Part shown: positions 1 to 12,790 of the stretch, piece by piece
Layout: each line of letters opens with the position of its first letter
Numbering within the stretch: position 1 is the stretch's first letter
Assembly: GCA_018398765.1 (NCBI GenBank)
Contig: JAHBMJ010000095.1
Location: 1-56,912, forward strand
Direction: 5' to 3'
Source of the DNA: Chromera velia
Taxonomy: Eukaryota
Length of the DNA: 56,912 nt
Notes under the pieces: model-generated
Databases searched by the model: none
What the model was told of the DNA's origin: nothing
The model's input: the letters and a program-made list of their open reading frames with translations, nothing else
Translations under genes and position numbers: made by a program

Positions 1-1464
1 AAGACAGGAAGGAAAGAAGGAGAAGACGTCAAGGAAGAAAAAAACTGACCGTCAAGCGGATTCAGGCAAACAGCGCCGTGAAATCGTCCAGGACGGGGCC
101 CCGCGACATGACAGAACAGGCCGGGTGTCCCAAAGCTCGCACCGTTGACTAGAGGACGCCATCGCTTCTTCGTCTTCACGTACAGTGGATCTGCACACAA
201 GAGCGAAGAGCAAGGGAACCGAGAAGAAGCGTCAGAGAAATCGAGGGGCCGGAAACTTTCGATACTAACGAACAGGAGCCTACACTAAGACTAGTAGCAC
301 TCTACAAGAAGCACGCGGAAAGTCAGCAGACATCCACCAGAGAAGCGATCGAGAGCAACAGAACACATACCGGAACACTAATCGAACGAGAGAGAACCGA
401 AAGATCGAATCCGAAGATGCCGAGGCGAGAGGAAATGAGCGAAGGAACTCGGCGAGCGAAAAGAAGCCAAGCGAATGAAAAGTATCTGCAGAGTTCGTCG
501 ATCGATCAGCCGTGGAGCAAGCAATCGATGCTAAAGTCTTCTATGGGCAGCACGTCGACCACGCAGGGTTACCCCCTGCGACCTCAGGGTACAGTGCTGA
601 GTACCCCTGAGGCTGCCGTTCGTATCTACCGAGAAGAACGCACACTGTCCTACTGTGCTTGGAAAGGTTGTGGACTAGAGACTGCGGCGGAGACAGAGAG
701 CCCCCCCGTTGATTCGCCCTCAGTGTACACCGAGCATGAACGTCAAAAGCCCACAAAAGCAACAGACGGACAAACCGACTATGCGCGCATCTCATGCCTG
801 CCCTCACTTCTCCTCTTATGTATACACACAAAAGGTTCACACCCCTCGGATATGTATCTCTCTGCCGTCTGTCCAAAGCTGAGTTGAACGGGCCGAGCCG
901 TAAGAGGTGGAAAACTGAATCGATCGACGAAGCGACGCGGAAAGGCCGAGAATCTCCACACACAACTAGAGATCTCTGCTTCTCGTCTCTCTGCTTGAAT
1001 TCCACTGGTCCCTTCGATTGAACCGAACACAGGGAACGACAAACAAAACAATAGAACGAAGGAAGTGGGGAAGGAAGGAAAGCAGGGAGGCAATCCAATG
1101 AATGAATAAAGACAGGAAGGAAAGAAGGAGAAGACGTCAAGGAAGAAAAAAACTGACCGTCAAGCGGATTCAGGCAAACAGCGCCGTGAAATCGTCCAGG
1201 ACGGGGCCCCGCGACATGACAGAACAGGCCGGGTGTCCCAAAGCTCGCACCGTTGACTAGAGGACGCCATTGCTTCTTCGTCTTCACGTACAGTGGATCT
1301 GCACACAAGAGCGAAGAGCAAGGGAACCGAGAAGAAGCGTCAGAGAAATCGAGGGGTTGGAAACTTTCGATACTAACGAACAGGAGCCTACACTAAGACT
1401 AGTAGCACTCTACAAGAAGCACGCGGAAAGTCAGCAGACGTCCACCAGAGAAGCGATCGAGAGC
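1..1464 (-). repeat. Direct repeat, 1-356 = 1109-1464 (period 1108 bp, near-identical); probably the truncated end of a tandem array or segmental duplication carrying exon-like pieces
   Basis: The two copies match with only a few substitutions. On the minus strand each copy contains tgcag|(D)PLYVKTKK[R/Q]WRPLVNGASFGTPGLFCHVAGPRPGRFHGAVCLNPLD|gtcagt, an exon-like segment with canonical splice signals. The window edge hides the true extent. Confidence 0.85.
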
Positions 1465-2099
1465 CTGGCTTTCACCCCGAAACCTTTTTGCCTGCGCGCA
1501 ACATGAATACATGGTCACAAGAATTGAGAGGTGATCAAGGATGAGAAAAGGGCTAGAATTGAGAGACGGTTGACGTAAACATGCTCCTGCGATCATGCAT
1601 AAAAAAAACACAGGATGCTCCTCTTCGTTCTTTTCTTTTCTTGCCCTCCGCCTGATAATCTTTGATTGCACACGCTATTGTTCAAAGCATTAATTCCAGT
1701 CAGCCTATGCACGTACAGTCCTGCTACATGAAATGCAAAGAAGATCCATGGCATTGCGTCTACATGTTGCTTTCCCCCCAAAGTAAAAAGATCCTTTGTG
1801 TGGATTCGTCTCTCAAAGTTGTGACCATTTCAAAAGGACCAATTTCAAAAGACGTCTGACACTCAGAGAGTGAGAGTTCAGCCGGGCAAACAATGGCTTC
1901 TCGTCTAATGATGTCTAATCTGGCTTGAGGCTCACAGAGGAAAGGGGCGTGTGCATGTCCCCATGCGAATCCAAACCAGCCTCACCTTTGCTCTTGGCGG
2001 GTCAGCACCTTCAGGCTTGCCCAGCAACCTCCAGCTTGCAGCCGCCCTTCGCATCTACCAGCACGTCCTTCTGTCGTGTGGTCCTCTGGCGCGCGGACA

Positions 2100-2375
2100 A
2101 CGGAAGCAGAAGCAGAAGTGCTGTCTGCCGGGGCGCGAGCAGCGGATGCAGAAGCAGAAGCAGAACTGCTGTCTGCCGGGGCGCGAGCAGCGGATGCAGA
2201 AGCAGAAGCAGAACTGCTGTCTGCCGGGACGCGAGCAACGGATGCAGAAGCAGAAGCACAAGCAGAAGTGCTGTCTGCCCGGGCGCGAGCAACGGATGCA
2301 GAAGCAGAAGTGCTGTCTGCCCGGGCGCGAGCAACAGATGCAGAAGCAGAAGCAGAAGCAGAAGCGCTGTCTGCC
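2100..2375. repeat. Minisatellite of ~42-54 bp units built on GCAGAA hexamers plus TGCTGTCTGCCSGGGCGCGAGCA
   Basis: About 6 visible tandem units. The minus strand reads ADSSSASASASAARAP repeats in ORF 1982-2629. Confidence 0.85.
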
Positions 2376-2471
2376 GGACCAGGTCTGCCGGAGAGACCTG
2401 CAGACGTAGAGTTGACTGCAAAGCCCCTGGGAAGGGACCGACAGGACCGCGCTCGCGCGTTCCTCTCAGCT

Positions 2472-5400
2472 CTACTCTCTCTCCTCCTTTCTTCTGCTGC
2501 TTCTGCTGCTGCTAGTCCTTCTGTTGCTACGCGGAGAAAACGGTCGGAGGGGGCCAAAGCAGGATTTCTCTCCATTCTCCCCGTGCCCAATAGCTCCAAA
2601 GTATTTCTCCATTTCCACCCAGGCTGCATCCACCTCCCTCGAGTGAGACCTCTCCTCTGCGCGATCCGCCAGTCCCTGCAGAAGTCTCAGAGGGACAAAC
2701 TCTCTCTCCGTCCCGCCTGCTCGCACATGAAACAGGCTCTCCCGCGCAAAGAGCCACCGAGCCTTGTGCTCTCTCCAGCTTCGGCCCAACTCTGTCCTCT
2801 GCCACCCTCTTTCCCTCTCCCGGTCCCACGGAAAGCCCGAGAACGGAAATTCGTCCGCGAAACGAGGGGGAGGAGGTGGCGCACACGTCGGGAATCTCGT
2901 GCGAGTCGGGCCAAGGTTTCGAGGTCGGTAGAGGAACCACAATGGAGGGCGGATCCCTTCCATCTGCCGATTGGAGCCTGACTCAAAGGGGACGGCAGGC
3001 CTCACGCTGGTGGGGGCCCCTCCCGAAGATGCAGAAGGCGCACGCGATTGGGCATGCGATGGCTGTCTCTCTCTTGCAGAAGGCGGACGCGATTGGGCCG
3101 ACCGCTGTCTCCCTGACGCAGCAGGCTGAGTCAGACACGTCGACTGACCCCAAGACCAGTGCCTTTGGAAAGGGTCTGCATATCCTCCAGTGAGCTGCCG
3201 TTGGTGATCAGCCAGCACAGGTGTGGGGTCGAGGGAGGCCCTGGGCAGGACGTGACTGCTTCTATTGTGAGAGGGAACCGAGCTGGAGGGCTGTGCGGGC
3301 ATGTTGGAGGGAAGGGAAGGATTCTGGAAAAGGTTTTGACCTTCTCTCACCGGGTCTTCCTCCTTCTCCTCTGTGACGGCAGGGGTAAGGGAAGGCTTTG
3401 TTCCCTCGGCCTCAACCTTCTCTGGCCCTTCCTGTTTCTCTCTCGGTCCGTCTTCCTCTGCGGCTGCCTCTTCACGGGGAGTCAACGACTCCCGCTGAGT
3501 ATGAAGGGGTGGGGGGCCGTGCCCCTCTGCGACAGACAGTAGGTGTGACTGCACTGGAGGTTCCGATCCCTCTGAGGGAGACGGTGGGTGTGACTGCACT
3601 GGAGTTGCCGGCCCCTCTGCTACAGACGGTGGGTGGGATTGCACTGGAGGTGCCGATCCCTCTGCGACAGACGGTGGGTGCGATTGCACTGGAGGTTCCG
3701 ATCCGTCTGCGACAGACGGTGGGTATGACTGCACTGGAGTTGCCGGCCCCTCTGCAACAGACGGTAGGTGTGACTGCACTGGAGTTGCCGGCCCCTCTGA
3801 GACAGACGGTGGGTGGGACTGCACTGGAGGTTCCGATCCCTCTGCCACAGACGGTGGGTGCGATTGCACTGGAGGTTCCGATCCCTCTGCGACAGACGGT
3901 GGGTGCGATTGCACTGGAGTTGCCGGTCCCTCTGCAACAGACGGTGGGTGCGATTGCACTGGAGGTGCCGATCCCTCTGAGACAGACGGTGGGTGCGATT
4001 GCACTGGAGGTGCCGATCCCTCTGCGACAGACGGTGGGTGCGATTGCACTGGAGGTTCCGATCCGTCTGCGACAGACGGTGGGTGTGACTGCACTAGAGG
4101 TGCCGATCCCTCTGCGACAGACGGTGGGTGCGATTGCACTGGAGGTTCCGATCCCTCTGAGGGAGACGGTGGGTGTGAGTGCACTGGAGTTGCCGGCTCC
4201 TCTGCGACAGACGGTGGGTGTGACTGCACTAGAGGTGCCGATCCCTCTGCCACAGACGGTGGGTGCGATTGCACTGGAGGTTCCGATCCCTCTGCGACAG
4301 ACAGTGGGTGTGACTGCACTAGAGGTGCCGATCCCTCTGCGACAGACGGTGGGTGCGATTGCACTGGAGGTTCCGATCCTGCACTAGAGGTGCCGATCCC
4401 TCTGCGACAGACGGTGGGTGCGATTGCACTGGAGGTTCCGATCCGTCTGCGACAGACGGTGGGTGTGACTGCACTAGAGGTGCCGATCCCTCTGCGACAG
4501 ACGGTGGGTGCGATTGCACTGGAGGTTCCGATCCCTCTGAGGGAGACGGTGGGTGTGAGTGCACTGGAGTTGCCGGCCCCTCTGCGACAGACGGTGGGTG
4601 TGACTGCACTAGAGGTGCCGATCTCTCTGCCACAGACGGTGGGTGCGATTGCACTGGAGGTTCCGATCCGTCTGCGGGTGTGACTGGACTAGAGGTGCCG
4701 ATCCCTCTGCGACAGATGGTGGGTGCGACTGTGCAGCTTGAAGGAGAGGATCCCTCGGGGGGTCGAGAGAGGGCAGGACGTGACTCCTTCTATTGTGAGA
4801 GGGAACCGAGCTGGAGGGCTGTGCGGGCATGTTGGAGGGAAGGGAAGGATTCTGGAGTAGGCTTTGATCTTCTCTCACCGGGTCTTCCTCCTTCTCCTCT
4901 GTGACGGCAGGGGTAAGGGAAGGCTTTGTTCCCTCGGCCTCAACCTTCTCTGGCCCTTCCTGTCTCTCTCTCGGTCCGTCTTCCTCTGCGGCTGCCTCTT
5001 CACGGGGAGTCAAGGGTTCCTGCTGACTGTGAGGGGGGGGGTGGGATTGGACGAAAAATGGTTGACGAGAATGGAGAGGCGGCTGGTTGGATGGAGGGAA
5101 AGCAGCTTGTCGTGCCTGCTGAAGAGACGGGTGGTGAGAAAGAGCCCCTCGAGACTGCTGACGGGACTGCAGGAGAGGAGACGTCCTTTTTGATTGGGGT
5201 GCGGAAGAGTGTTGGTGCTGCTGGGGGACACGGGTCTCCTGCGATCGGGACAGAGACAGAGAGCCCGTCGGTCCCACCCATCTCCTCAAAAGTCTGCGTT
5301 CTCCCTCTGCATCTTCCATAGCATCTACCCCGGGAACAGTCAAAGTGCCCTCATTGGACCACACCCCCAGAGGCCGTGCCCTCCCTGCCTCTCCACCTCC

Positions 5401-6420
5401 ACCCTCCCGGTTCTCTTGGGGACGGACGGCATCTCTTTGTGTCCCCTGTGCAGGTTCCGAGATGTCCACCGTCTCGTCCCTCGCCCCTGGGGGCACTTCT
5501 GTTGATGCTGCAGCACGGGGAACAAAAGGAACAGAGGCCAAAGAGGAGGAGAAACGGCGTTGAGGGGCGTTGGCAGCGGCGGGTTGGGGCCCTGCTGGCG
5601 GCTGCTGGACAGATGCCGGGGGAGGGGTGGGGAGAGCAAGCGATGGCCCTCTAGAGAGCATCGGTAAGGGAGGGTGCGGCAGCCCTTGAGGTGCCGCCCC
5701 CTCTGACTCAGAAGGCAGACGCGACTGGGCATGCGACGCCTGTCTCTCTCCCACAGACGGAGGGTTCGAGAGCCCTTGAGGTGCCGCCCCCTCTGACTCA
5801 GAAGGCAGACGCGACTGGGCATGCAACGCCTGTCTCTCTCCCACAGACGGAGGGTTCGAGAGCCCTTGAGGTGCCGCCCCCTCTGACTCAGAAGGCTGTC
5901 GCGACTGGGCATGCGACCTCTCCCTCTCGCGTACCCCCCCCTCTTCGAAGTCCACCACCCTCTCTCTCTCTCTGTCTCTCTGTGCCTCCCCTCCCATGTC
6001 AGCAGTCAGATTGATGCCTCCCTCCGGCTCCAGCAGTTCTTCCGCAAAAACACTTCTCTGGGGGGGCACCCTGTTGATGCATCGTCCTAAGACCCTACGA
6101 GCGGGACTGAAGGAGTCCGCAAGGGCTGCAGAGAGGGCTAAGGGGAGCACATGACTTCGAGAAGCACCCGTGTTGGTCCACCTGCATTCAACAGAGAGGG
6201 ATCCAGGGGGGGAAGGGAAGGAGGCATGGAGAAAAAGAAAACTCGTGCAGCACCTTCTGTTAACATAAGAAGAGGAAGTGGGAGAAAAGAGACGGGAAAA
6301 AGATAGGGACCCCATATCTCGCACCTACACGAACTCACTACAAACAAAAGATTTTCCCAACGAAAGATGTTCATGCACGCGCGCGCGCACACACACACAC
6401 ACACACAGACACACACTCAC

Positions 6421-6475
<55 letters not shown>

Positions 6476-6487
6476 TACACACACTCA

Positions 6488-6523
<36 letters not shown>

Positions 6524-6539
6524 TACACACATTCACTCA

Positions 6540-6572
<33 letters not shown>

Positions 6573-6587
6573 ACACACACTCACTCA

Positions 6588-6636
<49 letters not shown>

Positions 6637-6686
6637 AGAGAGAGAGACACACAGACACACAGACACACATACACACACTCACTCAC

Positions 6687-6723
<37 letters not shown>

Positions 6724-9700
6724 TACACACACTCACTCACTCTCTCTCTCTCTCTCTCACACACACATACACACACTCACTCACTCTCTCTCTCTCTCTC
6801 ACACACACACATACACACACACACTCACACACGCCCCCCACCCAAAGATCGAGTCACTCACTCACCCTCTGCGATCCCTCGGAGTGACATCGTTTGCATC
6901 TCCAGGCAGGCGAAGGGAAGGGGGGGTGAAGCCACCTGCATGTGCGTAGACGCACGAAGTGAAGGAAGAAATGGCAGCAGGAATCTACCAGAAAGACCGG
7001 CACCAAAAAACGTTCCTGTATGGCTCCTTTGCTCTCCTATTTATTCGTTGGAGCTTCTTTTGCGTCTTTCTGTCTTCCTGCCTCCTCACCGCCCCGGACC
7101 TGTAATTTATATGCTAGGTCATATGCTTGCAAGGTCATATCACCCCCTCCCATGTGCCCTCCCACCTTTCAATCGAAAAGAGAGGAGCGAAAAAGATAAC
7201 AGCGGATAGAAAGACGCAGCTACAAAACGACGGAGACAAGAAACAGATGTAACAGACGTGAGAATGCAACGAGGCACCAACCAACCCCCCTTAATTTTGT
7301 CTTCTGTTCATGCGCCCCGGGAGGGTGCCGTCCTGTCTACTGTCTAACTGACCGTCTAACTGACTGACCGGTAATTGACGTCATCTCTTCCATCTGCAGA
7401 GGGGCTGATGCTCTCGGCGGTGTCACTGCCGCCAGACTTTGAGAGATGCGGCCCTCTCTGTCAGCCAGGCCCTCTCTTTCCCTTGGTTCTTCTCCGACCC
7501 TTCTGCTTGCACTTGCACCTCCTCTGCCAGCCTGGGTGTATGATGGCCGCACAGCCGATTCCGACGAGAACAGGCGGGGAATGATGCCTCCACCCTCTCC
7601 TTTGAGAATGTGGGGCATCAGGATCTCCTTTTGCTGCATTTATGCACTCACGAGAAGAGCGGCACATGAAGGGGTGAGGGAAGAATTACGTGAAGAAGGA
7701 GGAAAGAAGCAGAACGGAAAAGAAAGCAGCAAACCGGGTTGACAAAAATCGGTTTCAGCACGCGGAAAACCAATCATAAACACCACACACAAAGGATTAA
7801 AGAACGTTCATTCCGGCAGGCAAACAGGCAAGTAAGCAAACATGCAAGCAGGCGTATCTCTCAAATTCTCCATCCCCTTCTCAACTCGATCATTACACTT
7901 CCCTTTATCATCTCCCTTCCTTTCCTCTCTGTGTCCTTGAGGGAAGAGACCACTCAAAGAAGACCGACCGACCTGCTGGAGCGTCTGGGGTCGGGTTCTC
8001 GAAGGGTCCCTGGGCTGTCTCTCTCTCTCTCGGCCTTCGAGGGCTACGGATAGGTAGGTCTCTCTGGGGAGGCTCTCGTGAGCTACTGGGGCCCTTGCAC
8101 GGGGAGCGGGTGCCAGTGAGTGCCTCATTACCTCTCTGGTGGCAGGTGAGAAGGCTCTTGGAGGGGGGTCGTGTTCCTCTCCAGTCCTCCTGACAGGGGG
8201 CTCCAGCGGGGCACTGCATGAATTGAATTTAATGTCCTCAGTATGTATGCAGTCAGGCCGTGCAGGGGAATTTGAAGGAAGGAAGATTCATGCAGGTCTG
8301 TCTTAAGCATCCGTATGATCTTGAAGAGGACAGGGGGGGAGCGAAAAAAAGGGGAAATGCACATGAGGCTGGAGTCTTGACAGGATGAAGAGAAAGAGAG
8401 GAACAGAGACCCGTTGTGACTAATCAGCGCTCCACATGCTGTTCTCCTATTCTCCTCTTTAGCAAACAATCTCTTTTTTTCATGATGTCTTAATTTCATT
8501 GAAGAACAAAGGGTTCCTTGCCTGACTCAACCCCAAAAGAGACCTTTCTCTCTTTCACGCTCTTCCAAGTAACCAACAAGAAAGACCAACCGGCCAACCA
8601 AGGAACGAACGAACGAAAGCGCCAACTGACCGACCTTGAGTCCCTCCTCACTTCATCTTCATCCTGTCTCCGCAGAGCAGCAGAGGACGTCACGCTCCCA
8701 CTCCTCAGACGGGAGCCCTCCCTCAGAAAGGCACTCCTGTTCGGACCCCGGAAGGGACTGTTCAGAGCTCCTGCTGCTGCTGCAGACCTGCCCCCATGCT
8801 CAGAGTTCAGCAGGGGGGCATGGCTGAGGGGAGGAGTCTCTGCCCTCGAGGTGCCGCCAGGGGTCGGGGGGGACCTCTCTGTTGCAGCACCGAGGAGAAG
8901 GAGGCCGGAGGGGCCAGAGACCTCTCCACTCTCTGCAGGGATGCAGGAAGGACAGAGAGAAAGAAAGAAAAGGCAGGAGAAGGGAAGGGAAAGAAGGTTT
9001 CAATAAGAAAGAGAGAAGGAAACCCAGAAGCAGAGGCTTCTAGAGAAATGACCTGGGAGCAAAAAGAGTAGAAAAAGAGCAAAGAGGGATCTCATGAGCA
9101 GACAGACAGAGGAAGGAATCCGAAGCCACCGAGAGAGAAAGAGAGACGCCTGCATGGCAAACAAGAGGAAGAGAAAATGAACAAAACATAGAGAGAAAGG
9201 CGAGCTGAACAGAAGAAACAAAAGCCTTGGATTGCATTCTCTTCGGCTGGCTCTTTTGCTTTCTCACTCACTCACACACCCCTTCACTCACTGTATGCCT
9301 GACTGACCGACCGACCGCGTCTCTGCTCGGGGACGGGGGGGGGTCCCTCCTCCTCCTCGACCTCCGCACTTCCTCTCGGCAATGCTTCATTTGGGGGGTC
9401 TCGTGGGCCCTGGGCGCCTGTAGAAGCAAAGAGCGGCTGCTCTGCAAGGGGGGTCCGGAAAGAGTCCCGACGGGGGGCGTGGGCTTTGTTCGTTGCTGCA
9501 GCGCCCCCTCTTCTGTCTCCGTCTCTCTGTGCTTGGCCGGGCTGACGGTGAGCGGGAGGGGGCACCTCTTGTTTGATCTTTCTGTCCTTTTCCTTCTCTT
9601 CTGCAGACTTTGGCTTTTGCTCTGGTGTGTCTTTGTCTCTTCGCGCAGAATTGAGACGGGAAAGGTTTTTGTTCTCTTTTTTCTTCGGGACAGCGGCAGT

Positions 9701-11245
9701 GTCTACTCGTTCGCCAGGGTTCTCTTTCTCCTCCTTCTCTCCTTTTTTCTTCTTTTTGTTGGATTTTTCTCGAGTGATTTTGGGGAGGTCTGAGGGTCCA
9801 CTTGTTTGTTTGTCTCCGATGGGAGGACGGGGATGGGACTTTGCCTGTTTCTTTTCCTCTTCTTTTCCCTTTCCTTGTTCTTCTGCTTTGTCGTGCAGGG
9901 CTTTTTTGTCTTCCTCGTCCTTTTCAGTTCTCTCCCTGTCTCCCTCACGATCAAGAGACGCACAGGGACGGGGGAGAAGGGAAGAAAAGGATCTCTTTCT
10001 CTGCTCAGTCTTTTGAGGGGAGGGTTGAGGGGGCTCGCCCTCGCGCTCCCTTATCCCTGCCTCTCTCTCTCCGACCTCTCCGAACCCCAACCAACTCCCT
10101 GCCATCTGCTGACGATAAGAACGGAAAGTGGAAGGAAGTGCCGGCACAGCCTCCGTCTCCTCCCTCTCTGCCCCCTCAAGCACAGTACCCAGAGAGGATC
10201 GATGCCGATCCTTCTCTCTCCCTCTCCCTGCTGTCTCTAGGTCCACATCCGACGACCCCCCCTCAAGAGCGGCCCCCCCGGAGGAGAGACGGCGGTTGAG
10301 GCCCAGGGCTTCATACGAGGCTGCAGACAGCGCAGTCACGGACCTACGGAAGCTGGCGGCCTGCATCATGATCGCCCCTGCTCCTCTCCCTGCCAATTCC
10401 TGCAGACGGGAAGGGAAAAGCTCGACAGGTCGGGCAGACGGGAGGCGAGACGGGACGAAGATGGAATGAGAGAAACGAACGAAGAGAAGGATGTTGAAGG
10501 GGCCGTGGAATCGAAACAACAACGAAGGCGGTACGGACATTCACATTGGAATGCAAAATTGATGCACAGACTAGACGTCTTGTTTTTCCTGCGCGCACCG
10601 GCAATGAAGCAGACCAAGCCTCGTCAGAGACAACAGCCAAGAAGGGATGTTGCAGCAACACGCAGAGACCCCAAATGAATTCCAGTCTCCCTGCTTTCCT
10701 GCTCAACGAATGCCACTCTGCAGACATACCTGTACATCATCTGCGGTTTTCTCAATCCTCCTCATGGTGTGTCCCTTCAGGATTTGGTCTGTTTTTCTAA
10801 ACTGCTTCAAGGTTATCATCACAACGTTGTGCAGAACCATCAGACCAGCAACCACAGACGCACCCACAAGCATTGCCAGCTTCCTGTTTTTATCAGTTGC
10901 CACCCTACCTACCTCCCCTACGGCCACAATGTAAGGAACAGAAAATTCCCCCAACGCCCCCGCCGCAATTGCCACCAGCACGCCAAAGAGCACAGAGGCC
11001 ACCACGCAGGTAACCCCGAGGAAGGAAAACTGACGTTTCCAAAGAACCAAAAGAGCAGTAACGATCTGAACCAGGGACAAAGTGGACGAAACAAAATCCT
11101 CAATACGAAAGAAGTAGATCATAAAGAGGACCTGTGTACCCAGAATCCCTGCATATGCCTCCCAACAAGCCTGGTAACACCGCGTCCTCGTGGGTCCCTC
11201 AGGGTTGTGGTTGGCAACTTCGTTCCTGAAAGTCTCCAGATCCAT
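2472..11245 (-). CDS. Large hypothetical membrane protein: ~4 N-terminal TM helices followed by a long low-complexity, tandem-repeat tail. Exons 11245-10730, 10399-9316, 8932-8635, 8213-7973, 7633-7369, 6935-6866, 6181-~2472 (two frame breaks in the 45-bp array)
   Basis: All six introns are GT-AG and the phases (0,1,2,0,1,2) chain into one open frame. Exon 1 has hydrophobic segments (GILGTQVLFMIYFF, LSLVQIVTALLVLW, FLGVTCVVASVLFGVLVAIAAG, LAMLVGASVVAGLMVL). The 3' end is uncertain and may continue into ORF 1982-2629. Confidence 0.75.
3243..5013 (-). repeat. ~243-bp intragenic duplication (3243-3485 and 4771-5013) bracketing the 45-bp array
   Basis: Both copies encode TPREEAAAEEDGPRE..EGPEKVEAEGTKPSLTPAVTEEKEEDPVRE..NPSLPSNMPAQPSSSVPSHNR.SHVLP. 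Confidence 0.9.
3520..4730 (-). repeat. Coding minisatellite, 45-bp unit encoding QSHPPSVAEG(S/P)(A/E)(P/T)PV, ~26 copies
   Basis: Seen directly in the DNA and in ORFs 2472-4364 and 4319-4654. Truncated units occur at ~4380 and ~4675. Confidence 0.95.
5680..5916 (-). repeat. Coding 90-bp repeat (HAQSRLPSESEGAAPQGLSNPPSVGERQAS), ~2.6 copies
   Basis: Visible in ORF 4609-6324 and in the DNA. Confidence 0.9.
6378..6832. repeat. Compound (CA)n/(CT)n microsatellite in an intron
   Basis: Direct sequence; lies between the predicted exons at 6866 and 6181. Confidence 0.97.
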
Positions 11246-11879
11246 CTCGTCGGGGTATTCGTCTTAGTTTAGTTTTTTCATCACAACAGATTTGAGCGTG
11301 GACTTTTACTTACTACAGATGACACAGAGAAACGCCTGGTGCTCTCCTTGCAAAGGAGAAAGCAACAAGCAGCACGAACCCGTCGGGAAGAACCCTGCTG
11401 GTGTTCTTCACACGGGAACTCTCTTCGACAGAGCCTCACAATTAATGTCGAAACTCTCTGGAAAATCCCTAAACAGCAAAGAACTCCACGACTCGACTGG
11501 TCACAAAGAATATAGGACTGTCTCTTTTCGCTTTCTTCCCAGATTGACGGCACTCTACCGGAGGATGGGAGGGGTCTGACAGTCAACTCTCCTTCGTGGC
11601 ATATTGTGGCATCTCGATCGTCACTGCAATTTCTTTTCTCGAAGTGGTATCGGTGTATCATGGTGAATCGGTCAAATCATGGTGGGCTCCTATATACCGC
11701 GCGGGCGGCGGGCCCCCGGCGAGGGCGCCCCGGCCCCCCCCCCCCCNNNNNNNNNNNNNNNNNNNNNNNNNNNNNNNNNNNNNNNNNNNNNNNNNNNNNN
11801 NNNNNNNNNNNNNNNNNNNNNNNNNNNNNNNNNNNNCCAGAGGCCTCCGGGCCCGGGCCCTCCACACAGAAAGCCCAAT

Positions 11880-12790
11880 TATATCGGTCATGCTAGGTCA
11901 TGCAGCTACATGCAAGAGGCCCAATTTTTCTTTTCTTTGTTTATCCCCACAATTCAACTTTGGTTATCCCGACAACTGATTTTTTTTTTATATCTGGCCT
12001 GTGGAATCAGTGTGGATGTATGTTAATGCATGCTCTGCTGGAGCTAGGTGAAGCCCCGGCCCCGATAAAATTGCATTTGAAAATCAAAGTCACCCAAAAT
12101 TGGGCAAGCGTGAAGTGAAATGATGGTAAATAAAATATTAAAATCGTAGACGTACGAAAACAAATATAACAAAATGACTATCCATCAATTGAAATTTTAT
12201 TTTTCAAATTATTGAACGGAGTGTCAATTAATGTTGACTTAGCGGGAGGCTACGAGGGGTCTCACTTCTGACTCCTTAGTGTGACCCTTAGTCACTTTCT
12301 TTTATTTTCTTTTCGATCATGCATTCAAAAGAATTATAAGTGCATGTACACATTGACACACTTTTGTCATTAGACCGGGTCATGGGGAACGGTACAGCTT
12401 TATTTGTACTTTAATTTGCTTAAAAAAAATTTTGGAATGATTAGCTAGATCATTAGGCAGATCACTGCGCCGGCTAATAGGCCCTAAGAGCTTATAACTT
12501 AAACCTTTCCTAAGGTCTGGCTAGGTCAATTAGCTAGTTAATTAGCCATTAATCAATCAATCAATCGGTCAATCAATCAATCAATCACCAGATTCATCAA
12601 CGTTCATACACAACATATTATGCATCAGTGTGCAGCATCACTTATAAAGAAAGATCAAACCCTATTGATCCCTAGATTGATCCCTGCGTCACAGATCTTG
12701 TACATCCCAGCGGGCCGGCGACTCTTTCCCACAAGTCCCTCCTTAAGTTAGTCCAGTGCAATGGTACAGCCTAGGGTACAGCTTGCGATG
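11880..12790. other. AT-rich intergenic island, probably decayed repeat/transposon sequence, next to a GC-rich tract and assembly gap (11690-11870)
   Basis: Sharp compositional shift, (ATCA)n runs at ~12550-12590, and no credible ORF. Confidence 0.45.

Noticed and set aside
3398..4904. Plus-strand ORFs with ALEVPIPLRQTVG or CDCTGG repeats
   Set aside because: Antisense shadows of the stop-poor 45-bp array; the splice-consistent gene is on the minus strand.
6278..7209. HT/SL-rich ORFs
   Set aside because: Translations of dinucleotide microsatellites in an intron.
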